From an uncultured virus (IMG/VR IMGVR_UViG_3300034062_006192) (Duplodnaviria > Heunggongvirae > Uroviricota > Caudoviricetes): DNA of 64,000 nt. The translations under genes were made by a program, and so were the position numbers. How positions within the stretch are numbered: position 1 is the stretch's first letter; every line of letters begins with the position of its first letter. The stretch lies in IMG/VR virus record IMGVR_UViG_3300034062_006192; one strand, given 5' to 3'. The notes beneath the pieces were generated by a model. The model saw only the letters and a list, made by a program, of their open reading frames with translations, did not search any database and had not been told where the DNA came from. Positions 8,474 to 16,654 of this stretch are shown piece by piece.

Positions 8474-8867
8474 GGCGGCGGCGGCCCCTGGCGCGGCGTG
8501 CGCGCCGCTTGCGGCCGATGGGGCTGCCTCGCTTGGCTTCAATAATTAGGCGTTCAAGCACGGCCACAGTGCGATGGGCTGCAATGCCAAAGGGGCGGAA
8601 GGCTACCGCCAGCGGATCGGTGTCGGCCCCTAGGCCGGAGGGGGACTCACCCCATATCAGGGTGTGAGGCAGGCCGGAGGCGCCGGTGATCTCGCTTCTG
8701 AGGTTGGCGATCATGTCGGCGATGCCGGCTGCCGAGCGGTTGAAGTTAGTGAGATCTTCGCCCTCGCTCAGTTCGATAGCGGCGGTTCGCTGCCACTGAT
8801 CCAGCAGCTGTTGCTGCTCCTGGTTGAGAGGCGGGGGGAGGCCCGGCGGCCCGTGGGGGTCAGGCAT
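8466..8867 (-). CDS. chimeric protein containing a 50-aa portal fragment
   Basis: 43/50 aa identical to the portal segment LSDNEELTNLNRSAAG...GLGAD; Arg-rich tail. Confidence 0.7.
   Translation of the reverse strand: MPDPHGPPGLPPPLNQEQQQLLDQWQRTAAIELSEGEDLTNFNRSAAGIADMIANLRSEITGASGLPHTLIWGESPSGLGADTDPLAVAFRPFGIAAHRTVAVLERLIIEAKRGSPIGRKRRARRARGRRRHA
8623..8771. repeat. diverged copy (~85% nt) of portal segment 5074..5222
   Basis: Manual ungapped alignment, about 22 mismatches in about 149 nt. Confidence 0.9.
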
Positions 8868-9081
8868 CGTCAGCCTCTGCCAGCAGGCGGGCGGCTCTCG
8901 CAGCGGAGACCACACCGGAGTTGTTGCCATTCTCCAAAATTGCCAATGCCAAAACTTGAGAACGTTGCAGGCCCAAGGGGCTGTATTGGTCAATGAAGCT
9001 GCCTAGCCTGAGCACGGCTTCTTCAAGCTCTTGGCGATCTTGCTGTTGCTGAAAGTAATCGCGGGGGGTGGGGTCAGGCAT
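8860..9081 (-). CDS. hypothetical protein
   Basis: Starts MPDPTP; ATGCCTGA overlaps at both ends. Confidence 0.65.
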   Translation of the reverse strand: MPDPTPRDYFQQQQDRQELEEAVLRLGSFIDQYSPLGLQRSQVLALAILENGNNSGVVSAARAARLLAEADDA

Positions 9082-9256
9082 CAACAATCTCAACCATGGC
9101 GGGCCAATCGGGCATGGTCGGGTCGTAGGCGTCTTCGAGAGCCGGCCGCAGCTCGGCGCGGGTGACGCGGATCACGCCGCCATCAGCGCCCCATTCATGG
9201 AAATGGCCGCCTAGGTGCGTGCGGGCCAGGATTTTGTCAACCGTTGGGACAGTCAT
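9074..9256 (-). CDS. hypothetical protein
   Basis: Ends AYDPTMPDWPAMVEIVDA, homologous to mini-ORF 59163..59231. Confidence 0.65.
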   Translation of the reverse strand: MTVPTVDKILARTHLGGHFHEWGADGGVIRVTRAELRPALEDAYDPTMPDWPAMVEIVDA

Positions 9257-9311
9257 TGAAGGCAATGCACTGGGGATGGGTTGCCGTATGGGCTCCGGCG
9301 GGCCGTGGGGG

Positions 9312-9467
9312 TCAGGAGTAAGGGCAATCAGGGTTGCCGGTGGCCGTGTAACCCAGCTCAGCAGCGCAGCGTGCGAGGCGCACGTCCAGCTCGCGGGACT
9401 TGCGCTGAACCATGGCCCTGATCTGAGCTTCGATCTGAACCAGGTGCGCGGGGGTGGGGGTGGTCAT
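9312..9467 (-). CDS. small hypothetical protein (51 aa)
   Basis: MTTPTPAHLVQIEAQIRAMVQRKSRELDVRLARCAAELGY...; first ORF after the putative promoter; not in the supplied track. Confidence 0.55.
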   Translation of the reverse strand: MTTPTPAHLVQIEAQIRAMVQRKSRELDVRLARCAAELGYTATGNPDCPYS

Positions 9468-9489
9468 TGCTGGGGAGCGATGGGACGGG

Positions 9490-9530
9490 CCGGGGCGACT
9501 CCCCCGATGCCCATACTGTAACGCACAAGT
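9490..9530 (-). promoter_or_regulatory. putative cassette promoter/operator
   Basis: TGTGCGTTACAGTATGGGCATCGGGGGAG with -10-like TACAGT; a similar element lies at 58752. Confidence 0.5.
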
Positions 9531-9560
9531 AGCAGGATGGACGGGCCGGCATGGGACGGT

Positions 9561-9845
9561 TCACCGGCCGCGACACTCAATCCTGCTAGCGAGAGCAACC
9601 CGATGAGGAAGGATCTCCCATAGGCGCGGCCGCTTCTCCAGCACGGCGGGGCACTGGCGCAGTAACCGGGCAGCCACGGCGGCCCCCAGGTGAAACACCT
9701 GGCCATTGGAATTGTGATGGCGCCCGTCAGGCCATAAACGCTCGGCAAGCGTGTTGGCTCGCAGCGTCGTTACGCCTTCACGGTGCATCTTCCCAATTTC
9801 GCGCATCACCACATCAGCGGTTGCGCGGTTTTGATGCGTTCTCAT
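9561..9845 (-). CDS. hypothetical protein
   Basis: MRTHQNRATADVVMRE...; tightly packed after the upstream ORF. Confidence 0.6.
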   Translation of the reverse strand: MRTHQNRATADVVMREIGKMHREGVTTLRANTLAERLWPDGRHHNSNGQVFHLGAAVAARLLRQCPAVLEKRPRLWEILPHRVALASRIECRGR

Positions 9846-9846
9846 G

Positions 9847-10167
9847 TCATGGGAAATAGATCGTGATCCAGTCCCACCTGACCTGGAACCACAGCCAGCA
9901 GCACATCCACTCGTAGGGCTCACGCCTTGGAATCAAGGGCAAGCCCCTGAACCTGCCTGCTTCAGGGAAGAACGTCACCGAGACCCGAACCGCCATCACG
10001 GGCTTCCCGTCAAGCTGGGGTCGACGGAACCAACCCCACTGAAGGCCGGAGCCGAAAAGCATGTGCCAGGCAAGGCAGGCCAGCCAGAGCCGCACCACAA
10101 TTCCCGTGAATGCCTGCACCACGGCGCTGGCGGTCAGCAATCCGTGGTGAACGTCCAGGAGGGTCAT
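9847..10167 (-). CDS. hypothetical Trp-rich protein, possibly membrane-associated
   Basis: ATGA overlap; hydrophobic N-terminus. Confidence 0.55.
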   Translation of the reverse strand: MTLLDVHHGLLTASAVVQAFTGIVVRLWLACLAWHMLFGSGLQWGWFRRPQLDGKPVMAVRVSVTFFPEAGRFRGLPLIPRREPYEWMCCWLWFQVRWDWITIYFP

Positions 10168-10391
10168 GGCTCGCGCCCCTCCTCTTTCGATGGCCCATAG
10201 GGGCACGAGCAAGCCAAACCGAAGAAGGAGTGTTCGGTCATGTCGTGCACCACGGCATCTCCGCAAACGATGCACTGCTTCATCTCGTCATTGATGCAGC
10301 CTCGGACACGGCTGATCGTGGGGCCGCCGACTGCCGCGCAGTCTTTGGGGCGGAAGAGGGGCATCATCAGGTACTGATGTTCTGGGTTCAC
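10164..10391 (-). CDS. hypothetical Cys-containing protein
   Basis: GTGA overlap with the terL stop; CIVC..CSC. Confidence 0.55.
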   Translation of the reverse strand: MNPEHQYLMMPLFRPKDCAAVGGPTISRVRGCINDEMKQCIVCGDAVVHDMTEHSFFGLACSCPYGPSKEEGREP

Positions 10392-11944
10392 ACCATCTTG
10401 ACCCATTCGGCCATCATCGGTCGAGTTCGGGCGCCGGCTTCACAAGCTGCAGCCAGGCTCATAACTGCGTCGTCGTGGCAGCCGGCTGCGGCCTCGCGGT
10501 TGCCGTCGGCCCCTTGGCGGAAGGTGCGCATCTGCTTGCCGTAGATGTCGTCCGGGGGGATCCCCAGCTCGCCCTGCTCCAACAACAACAGGACCCGGTC
10601 GGTCATGCGGATTTTCGAGGGCTTGGAGGTGGCGAACTCTTCGATCGGCACCCCGGGCCGGAGGATCGACAGGGCCTCCCCCACGTTGGCCCCGACGCCG
10701 TTGTTCTCGATCGCCACCATCTCGGGGCTGTACTCGTCGATCAGGCGGGCGGTGCGCTGCAGGCCGTAGTCGCGGCTGCGGCGGGCGTCGTTGAAACGGG
10801 CCACCACCTGCCAGGGGTTGGAGGTGATGTCGAGCACGGTGGTGACCCATTCGTCGTCGCCGGAGCCGTTGGGGTCGATCCCGATCACGTAGCTGTGGCC
10901 CCTGGTGGCCAGCTGCAGGCCGCCGATGGCCTCGGCCGCCTCGATCAGGTCGTGGGGGTAGACCTCAGCGTCAGTGGCGGCGAAGTCGAGCTCAAACTCC
11001 TGCCGGTAGCGCTGCTGGGTGAGCTGAAACTTGCGGCGGGTGTTCTCTGGATAGTCCGGATCCAGCGAATAGATCGGGTGCTGGCTCCAGTGGATCGCCA
11101 CCTTGGCGAACTGGCCATCGGGAGAACAGCGCAGCGTGGGGATGTCGTTGACGAAGCTGTCGCCGACCTGCACCTCGCCGTGGTCGGTGCTCCAGTGCTC
11201 GTAGAACCGGCCGCTGCGGCCGTTGGGGGTGGAGACCCACACGGCCCTGGCCCGGGCCCCCAGCAGGGAAAGGGTGGGCATGGCACCGGTCTCGATGCCG
11301 GCCAATTTCTCGATGAAGGCACCCTCATCGAAAAGGACCATTGAGGCCGACGGGATGCCCCGGGCGGCCCGCTCGGTGGGGGGCAGGAAGTGGAGGCTGC
11401 CGCGGCCCTGGAAGACCAGCTTGCGGGCGCTGTCCTTCGGCAGGGGAGGGCAGGCGGAGCCCAGGGAGGCGGCCTGGCCCTTGATCCGTGCCGCCAGCTC
11501 GCTTGCGTCCTCCCCGGTCTTGCTGAAGATGATCCCGACCCACGCCGGCCGTTGGATGGCCTGCTGGAGCATGTAGGAGATGATCGTCTCGGAAACACCG
11601 GTCTGGCGGCTCTTGTTGACGTAGGTGTTCTGGTGGCCCCGGATCGTGCGGATCAGGTCCAGCTGGTAGTCCCAAGGCCTGAAGCGCAGGTACTTGCCCT
11701 GGGAGGCGATGTAGGTTCGGGCGGCAAAGTCGGGCCAGCGCTTCGGGAGCTGGTCCCATGGCAGCACCTGCTGGCTCTGGCTGAAAATCCCCCGGCGGGG
11801 CACGTAGCGCAGCAGGGGGCGCACCACCCGCTTCGGCTTGGGGAGGTGCAGGCCTGCGGGGCCCTTGCGGGGCCAGGAGAAACAGGGGGTCTGGGTGCGC
11901 AGCTGGGCGTCGTATTCGGCCCAGGCCTCGTCATCCCAGGCCAT
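10388..11944 (-). CDS. terL: terminase large subunit
   Basis: Walker A KSRQTGVS, Walker B VLFDEGAF, STPNG coupling motif, nuclease motifs IGIDP and HDDAVMSLA. Confidence 0.95.
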   Translation of the reverse strand: MAWDDEAWAEYDAQLRTQTPCFSWPRKGPAGLHLPKPKRVVRPLLRYVPRRGIFSQSQQVLPWDQLPKRWPDFAARTYIASQGKYLRFRPWDYQLDLIRTIRGHQNTYVNKSRQTGVSETIISYMLQQAIQRPAWVGIIFSKTGEDASELAARIKGQAASLGSACPPLPKDSARKLVFQGRGSLHFLPPTERAARGIPSASMVLFDEGAFIEKLAGIETGAMPTLSLLGARARAVWVSTPNGRSGRFYEHWSTDHGEVQVGDSFVNDIPTLRCSPDGQFAKVAIHWSQHPIYSLDPDYPENTRRKFQLTQQRYRQEFELDFAATDAEVYPHDLIEAAEAIGGLQLATRGHSYVIGIDPNGSGDDEWVTTVLDITSNPWQVVARFNDARRSRDYGLQRTARLIDEYSPEMVAIENNGVGANVGEALSILRPGVPIEEFATSKPSKIRMTDRVLLLLEQGELGIPPDDIYGKQMRTFRQGADGNREAAAGCHDDAVMSLAAACEAGARTRPMMAEWVKMV

Positions 11945-12429
11945 CAGAAATCGCCTTCACGGTCCATGGCCTCCTGCTCCTCTGGTGTGAGGCTGTTGGC
12001 ACCGGCACCGCCGTCGCCGCTCTCCTGCTGCTCCCGCTCGAACTTATCGACGGAGAGGATCAGCTGGTTGATCTCCCGGTTCACTCCCAGGGCGGTGCTG
12101 AGCTGCTTCTCGGCCATGCACGTTTTCAGGAGGTGCTCCATGCGGCTGACCTGGATGGAGGCCAGGCGCAACCGGTCGTAGAGGCTGACAGCGGTGCTGC
12201 AGAGGTCGTAGGCCTCCTGCACCAGCCTGGCGGCCACGGCGGGGGAGACTCGCCAGCCCTTGACGGCCACGTCCATCAGATCCATGGGGCCATAGCCCCG
12301 TTTCACCGCCATTCCCAGCAGGGCATGGACCCGGTAGTTCCTCTCAGCGGCCCTGGATAGGGAGCGGTCCTTTGTCTTTGCCTTGCCCCGGGGCTTTCGT
12401 TTGGCGCCAGCTTCTCCGTTGCTGCTCAC
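11944..12429 (-). CDS. putative terminase small subunit
   Basis: Helical protein coupled (TGATG) to terL; GTG start after AGGAGG; assignment is positional. Confidence 0.55.
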   Translation of the reverse strand: MSSNGEAGAKRKPRGKAKTKDRSLSRAAERNYRVHALLGMAVKRGYGPMDLMDVAVKGWRVSPAVAARLVQEAYDLCSTAVSLYDRLRLASIQVSRMEHLLKTCMAEKQLSTALGVNREINQLILSVDKFEREQQESGDGGAGANSLTPEEQEAMDREGDF

Positions 12430-12446
12430 GCCGGTGGCCCTCCTGG

Positions 12447-13259
12447 TCACAGGCTAGGCGGCCGAAACAGCGGCATCACCCGTGGGGGTAGGGCGGCCGC
12501 AGCCTGGCGCATGCGGTTCGGGTTGATGTGGTTGCCGGGCCTCACCACGATCCCGAAGCGCTTGAGGGTGCCGGAGACGATGGCCGAGGGGATGTCGAAC
12601 TCCCGGGCCATGGCGGCAACAGTGCGGCCCTCGATCCAGCCGTTGCGCAGCTGCTCGATCACCTCCGCCGGCGGTAGCTCCTCCGGCAGCAGCTCGCCGC
12701 GGCGGCGGCGGGCACGCTCCAACATGCGGGCGGACTGGGTGGGGTTGTCGTGCTCCTTGAACCAGCAGCTGACGGCCTGGGTGCTGCGGTTGATCCTGAG
12801 GGCGATGGAGGCATGATCGAGGCCTTCGGCCCGCAGCCGCAGGCAGGTAGCCCCTTCCTTGGGGCTCCACTGCCGGTAGCCCTCTGGCACCTTCATCCGA
12901 TCAGCACGGATGGTGACGCCGGCCTGCACCAGCAGCTGGCGGATGGTGGCCCGGCTCACCTGGTAGGTGGTGGCCAGTGCCTCGATGCTGTCGCCGGTGA
13001 GGTAAAGGTTCACCACCACCTCAGCCGGTAGGCGGGGCTTGAGCGGAACAATGCCATCGCCACCCGCCATGAGGTTGCGCCGCAAGGCCCGCCCCCGCTC
13101 CACGTGGCCCCCGCTGATCCGTGCATCTGCCAGATAGGCGTAGACGGTGCCTCTGCAGCAGCCCAGCTGCGCTGCAATCTCGCGGACCGGCACCTCCTGC
13201 TGGTGCAGAGCCTCAATCCGGGTGTGATCGGCCGTGGTCAGTCGGTGTCCGGCTGCCAT
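12447..13259 (-). CDS. multi-HTH DNA-binding protein
   Basis: About four tandem HTH units, e.g. VREIAAQLGCCRGTVYAYL and SIEALATTYQVSRATIRQLL. Confidence 0.8.
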   Translation of the reverse strand: MAAGHRLTTADHTRIEALHQQEVPVREIAAQLGCCRGTVYAYLADARISGGHVERGRALRRNLMAGGDGIVPLKPRLPAEVVVNLYLTGDSIEALATTYQVSRATIRQLLVQAGVTIRADRMKVPEGYRQWSPKEGATCLRLRAEGLDHASIALRINRSTQAVSCWFKEHDNPTQSARMLERARRRRGELLPEELPPAEVIEQLRNGWIEGRTVAAMAREFDIPSAIVSGTLKRFGIVVRPGNHINPNRMRQAAAALPPRVMPLFRPPSL

Positions 13260-13262
13260 GGC

Positions 13263-13916
13263 TCAGCGGCCACGGTGGGCCAGCAGGGCCTCCACAGCCC
13301 GGGACAGGCGGGCCTCGGTGCTGTCCTCTTCCGGCATGGCCTCAGCCAGACGTGCCAGCAGCTGCTGGAACTTAGAGAGTGCCTCCTGGCTGGGGAAGTT
13401 GAGCTGCACCGACAAGCCGGCGGGTTCATCCGGTGGCGCGGGAGGCTCCTCCTCCTCATCGATGTCATCCACCAGGGCCTTGAACTCGTCGTCGGTGAAG
13501 TACGGGCTCAGATCAAGATCGGCGTGATCCTCCAGCAGGGCGTTGAGGGCCTTGCCGTCGAACTCCGACAGATCAGAGCTGCGGTTGTCGGCGACGCCGT
13601 ACTCCGCCTTTTGCGAGGGGGAAAGATCTGTCCGCTGCACCGCCACCAGGGTGCGGCCATCGGCCGGGATTACCAGCACCCTCTCGATGCCGATGGCTGC
13701 GGCCGCCTCGGCGGTGCCATTGCCGGCGAGGATCACGCCCCGCTCATCCACCACCAGGGAGCGGGCAGCGCCGAACTCGCGCAGCGAGCGCTCGATCATC
13801 CCGGTGGACCGCTGGGTGCGGCGTCTGGCGTTTTTGGGGTCCTGGAGCAGGGCCTCCAGAGTGGTCTCGGTCGGGGCGGTGACTGCTGCCAGGGGGGATG
13901 TGCGGGGCCGAGCCAT
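13263..13916 (-). CDS. ParB/Srx N-terminal domain protein
   Basis: DPKNARR...IERSLREFG..LVVDERGVILAGNGT..ADNRSSDLSEFD. Confidence 0.85.
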   Translation of the reverse strand: MARPRTSPLAAVTAPTETTLEALLQDPKNARRRTQRSTGMIERSLREFGAARSLVVDERGVILAGNGTAEAAAAIGIERVLVIPADGRTLVAVQRTDLSPSQKAEYGVADNRSSDLSEFDGKALNALLEDHADLDLSPYFTDDEFKALVDDIDEEEEPPAPPDEPAGLSVQLNFPSQEALSKFQQLLARLAEAMPEEDSTEARLSRAVEALLAHRGR

Positions 13917-13993
13917 GCTGGGTAGTGGCGTTTCCGGCCCCAAACGTAGCGGGTCAGGTACATACTCATCCCTAAGCGCAGCATCTGACTGCG

Positions 13994-14869
13994 ATGGGTT
14001 TCCGCAGCAGTTGCGCTGTGCGTAGGCACTCCAAACGCTCTGAAGTCAACATTCCGGAGAGGATGGGGGCCCTGTGGCGCACTGGCTTCTACTGGTCAGC
14101 AGCCAGCGCCGAAACAGGAGACACGATCTGGGCCCTGTGGGATTGGTGGAAGACGACAGGGGCACGCCTGGCCGATCCAGTGGATCGAGCATTGGCACAG
14201 AGACTGATACAAGCGAACTACAAGTTCAGATCGCCACAGCTTTTTGATGGCCTGATGATCTGCCGCTGCGGGCGGCGAATGTGGAGGCCTGAACAGAAAG
14301 ACACCTTTGGCAAGCCCCATCGTTGGTCTTGCCCGGTCTGCCGGCTGCCCAGCGGCAAGCGGGACTGGGTGCAGGCCGCGGCCATCAAGCGAGCGGTGTT
14401 TGAGGCCTTGCAGCGGCGGCTGCCGGAGCTGGCCCGGCTGTGCGAGCACCGCACGCCGATGCAGCGGGAGCGGGAGCAGCAGTGGCTGCAGCAGCTGGAG
14501 GACTTCCTGGAGCTCAGCCGGCGGCTGCATGACGCGGGCCTGCCCCGGATGGATTATCCGACCATGGCGGCCCGGGTGCAGCTGGCCCGGGACCAGGTGG
14601 GGGAGGACGTCGACCTGGTGCGGCGCAACTGGGGGAGGACGTTCAGCAGCTGGGGGGCCTGGGATGGAGCCACCTCACACCAGTGGCGGATGGTCAGCTC
14701 CTTTTTCTGCCGAAAGATCGTCTGGGATGGCGAGGGCCTCCAAGTCGTCCTGTTCGGGCGGCGCTTTGTCGATCCACTGCTGATGAATGCCCAGCAGGAC
14801 CCAGTTGATCGAGGACTGTGGCCAGTTCACTCCCTCCCCCCGAGTCACCCGGCTCATCGGGATCGCTGA
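13994..14869 (+). CDS. recombinase zinc-beta-ribbon domain protein (large serine recombinase C-terminal part, no catalytic domain)
   Basis: LFDGLMICRCGRRM...WSCPVC...IKRAVFEAL, coiled coil, RKIVWDG; start uncertain (possibly ATG 14063). Confidence 0.65.
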   Translation: MGFRSSCAVRRHSKRSEVNIPERMGALWRTGFYWSAASAETGDTIWALWDWWKTTGARLADPVDRALAQRLIQANYKFRSPQLFDGLMICRCGRRMWRPEQKDTFGKPHRWSCPVCRLPSGKRDWVQAAAIKRAVFEALQRRLPELARLCEHRTPMQREREQQWLQQLEDFLELSRRLHDAGLPRMDYPTMAARVQLARDQVGEDVDLVRRNWGRTFSSWGAWDGATSHQWRMVSSFFCRKIVWDGEGLQVVLFGRRFVDPLLMNAQQDPVDRGLWPVHSLPPSHPAHRDR

Positions 14870-15153
14870 CGCCGGAGGCAGGACAGCTGCGCAAACCGTG
14901 GTGTGGGGCCAGGGGCCAAGGAATGCGGGGGGCCGACCTCATCGATCACCAGGAAGGACGGGAGGGGCCGCGGGGCCAGGATCTCCGCACGGCGCATCTC
15001 TTCCAAATTGTCGACTCGGTCCAGATCCTGCCTCAGCAGGGCCATGGCCCGCATCGTGCCCATGCGGCGACCTGCAGTGAAAAAGGCCTGCCGTCTCAGT
15101 CGATGTTCAACGTACACCAGGAGGGGCAGAAGGGTGCGGGCTAGGTCGGTCAT
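14854..15153 (-). CDS. hypothetical protein
   Basis: ATGA-coupled ORF in a minus-strand operon. Confidence 0.55.
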   Translation of the reverse strand: MTDLARTLLPLLVYVEHRLRRQAFFTAGRRMGTMRAMALLRQDLDRVDNLEEMRRAEILAPRPLPSFLVIDEVGPPHSLAPGPTPRFAQLSCLRRQRSR

Positions 15154-15428
15154 GGCAATGGCAGTTCGTCGGCAAAGTAATCGCGTGAAGCTTGAGCACG
15201 TACACGAAACTTGCGCCGATATCTAGCGTCAGCGATCTTATCAGCAGGGCAAACTATTACAATTTCAGGCGTTTCCTCAAGCGTGTAATCACATTCACTC
15301 CTTTCAAAGTCGTGTGCCCATTGCTTAGCTGCTTCTTCATGGTCGCTTGCCCGAAGCGTTTTGCCGTCGTCGGGTCCTTCATCGCCGTCATAAGCGTTCC
15401 AGACAATCCAATCGGAGAAGGGGCTCAT
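15150..15428 (-). CDS. hypothetical acidic protein
   Basis: ATGA overlap with the PolX stop; lower GC. Confidence 0.65.
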   Translation of the reverse strand: MSPFSDWIVWNAYDGDEGPDDGKTLRASDHEEAAKQWAHDFERSECDYTLEETPEIVIVCPADKIADARYRRKFRVRAQASRDYFADELPLP

Positions 15429-15973
15429 GGCCGCACCTCGCGGTCTTCGGGCTCGACCCACTTCAGGCCGATTCGATCAAACAGCTCGCGCTCTGTGCGG
15501 CAAGGCACGACAGGGCCAAGGCTGTAGATGCCTTCCGTGTTGTTCACGCGACGCAGCAACCCACCTTCAGAGCGATAGCCGGCACGAACCCAAGCCGGTG
15601 CCAGCACGGTGCGGCTCCATTCTGCCGAGCCGGTCCTGATCGCCAGCTGAAGGCCGTAGCCATCCGGGTGAGGCATGAACAGATCGAGTTTCATCCCTTG
15701 CCACGGCAAGACCCGCTGGGTGTAGCGGCAGGGCAGCTCGCCTTTCACCTTCTCCCACTGGTTCACCACGGTGGCGATGCCAGAGCAGAACAGGGGAGAG
15801 GCGTCGTAGGGCTTGGGGATGCAGACGATCTCCAGGTCGCCGATGGTGGGCCGGCGGCGGCGAATGCTGCCGGCGATGTCGATGCGCTCGCAGTGGGGCT
15901 TCAGCAGCTCCAGCACCTTGGCGGCGACACCATCGGCGGTGGCCAGGGACAGGCGGGTGGTGGTGGTGCTCAT
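15425..15973 (-). CDS. minimal X-family DNA polymerase (palm and thumb only)
   Basis: IAGSIRRRRPTIGDLEIV, KLDLF, RTGSAEW, TERELFDRIGLKWVEPEDRE. Confidence 0.9.
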   Translation of the reverse strand: MSTTTTRLSLATADGVAAKVLELLKPHCERIDIAGSIRRRRPTIGDLEIVCIPKPYDASPLFCSGIATVVNQWEKVKGELPCRYTQRVLPWQGMKLDLFMPHPDGYGLQLAIRTGSAEWSRTVLAPAWVRAGYRSEGGLLRRVNNTEGIYSLGPVVPCRTERELFDRIGLKWVEPEDREVRP

Positions 15974-16402
15974 CCCTTCACGTCCTCCAGCAGGTCGAGG
16001 CGGAGGGTGGGGGTCACGGGGTTAGTGCAAGTGGGCATTGGTGGCGGGGCGGTTTGGCTTGGAATGTTCTGAGCCGTTAGTTCCTAGACGGGAAAAGTAA
16101 TCTTGCTTGTATCTAATGTGCGACCTTATATACAATGTTTGGATCAAATACTTCTCTCATTGGAAAGGATTTAATTGTGCCATTCCAGCCGACAATGGCA
16201 TTGCCATTTTCGTATCGAAAAAACTCGTACGTGTTTTCATCGCTGGCGTGCGCTGCTGTGTCGCCTGGAGACAGGAGACGCATTTCGGCAAGCACGATCT
16301 CAATAGCTGAATCAATAATCTGATCGTTGTTCATGTTCGTATCAAAGCGGTGTGGTTTAGGATTGGTGGTGCTCATCCCTTCACGTCCTCCAGTAGGTCG
16401 AG
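15961..16402. repeat. 39-bp direct repeat pair (15961..15999 and 16364..16402) flanking a low-GC insert
   Basis: TGGTGGTGCTCATCCCTTCACGTCCTCCAG(C/T)AGGTCGAG, 38/39 identical. Confidence 0.9.
16113..16376 (-). CDS. hypothetical protein (low-GC insert)
   Basis: 87-aa ORF that starts inside the repeat copy. Confidence 0.65.
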   Translation of the reverse strand: MSTTNPKPHRFDTNMNNDQIIDSAIEIVLAEMRLLSPGDTAAHASDENTYEFFRYENGNAIVGWNGTIKSFPMREVFDPNIVYKVAH

Positions 16403-16654
16403 CAGGAGCATGCGGCGGGTGTCAGAGGGCCGGGGGTATTGCTCCAGGCGATGTAGCAACAGGGCCATCACGCGACGGCGCTCCATCTGCTGGCCATCGG
16501 CCAGTGCCTTGCGGAGCAGGACATCCCCGCTCACCTCGGCGGTGGCTGCTTCCAGCAGGTAGGCGACAGCTGCGTCCAGCTGCTCACGGGCCGCGGCCAA
16601 CGGATTGGGCTGCTGCAGCCTCGGCCAGGCGACGATCCCCTCAGCCATCTCCAT
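16373..16654 (-). CDS. hypothetical protein
   Basis: Coupled ORF with helical composition. Confidence 0.65.
   Translation of the reverse strand: MEMAEGIVAWPRLQQPNPLAAAREQLDAAVAYLLEAATAEVSGDVLLRKALADGQQMERRRVMALLLHRLEQYPRPSDTRRMLLLDLLEDVKG

Noticed and set aside
5074..8771. Portal repeat pair as a DGR template/variable repeat
   Set aside because: Mismatches are not adenine-specific on either strand and are mostly synonymous; no reverse transcriptase in the window
8843..9316. Junction repeats as a CRISPR array or integron attC sites
   Set aside because: Few, irregularly spaced copies separated by whole genes; no cas or intI genes and no attC-like GTTRRRY inverted cores
10370..10383. Second LexA consensus match GGTACTGATGTTCT
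   Set aside because: Inside a coding region with no adjacent promoter; about one chance match is plausible in a window this size
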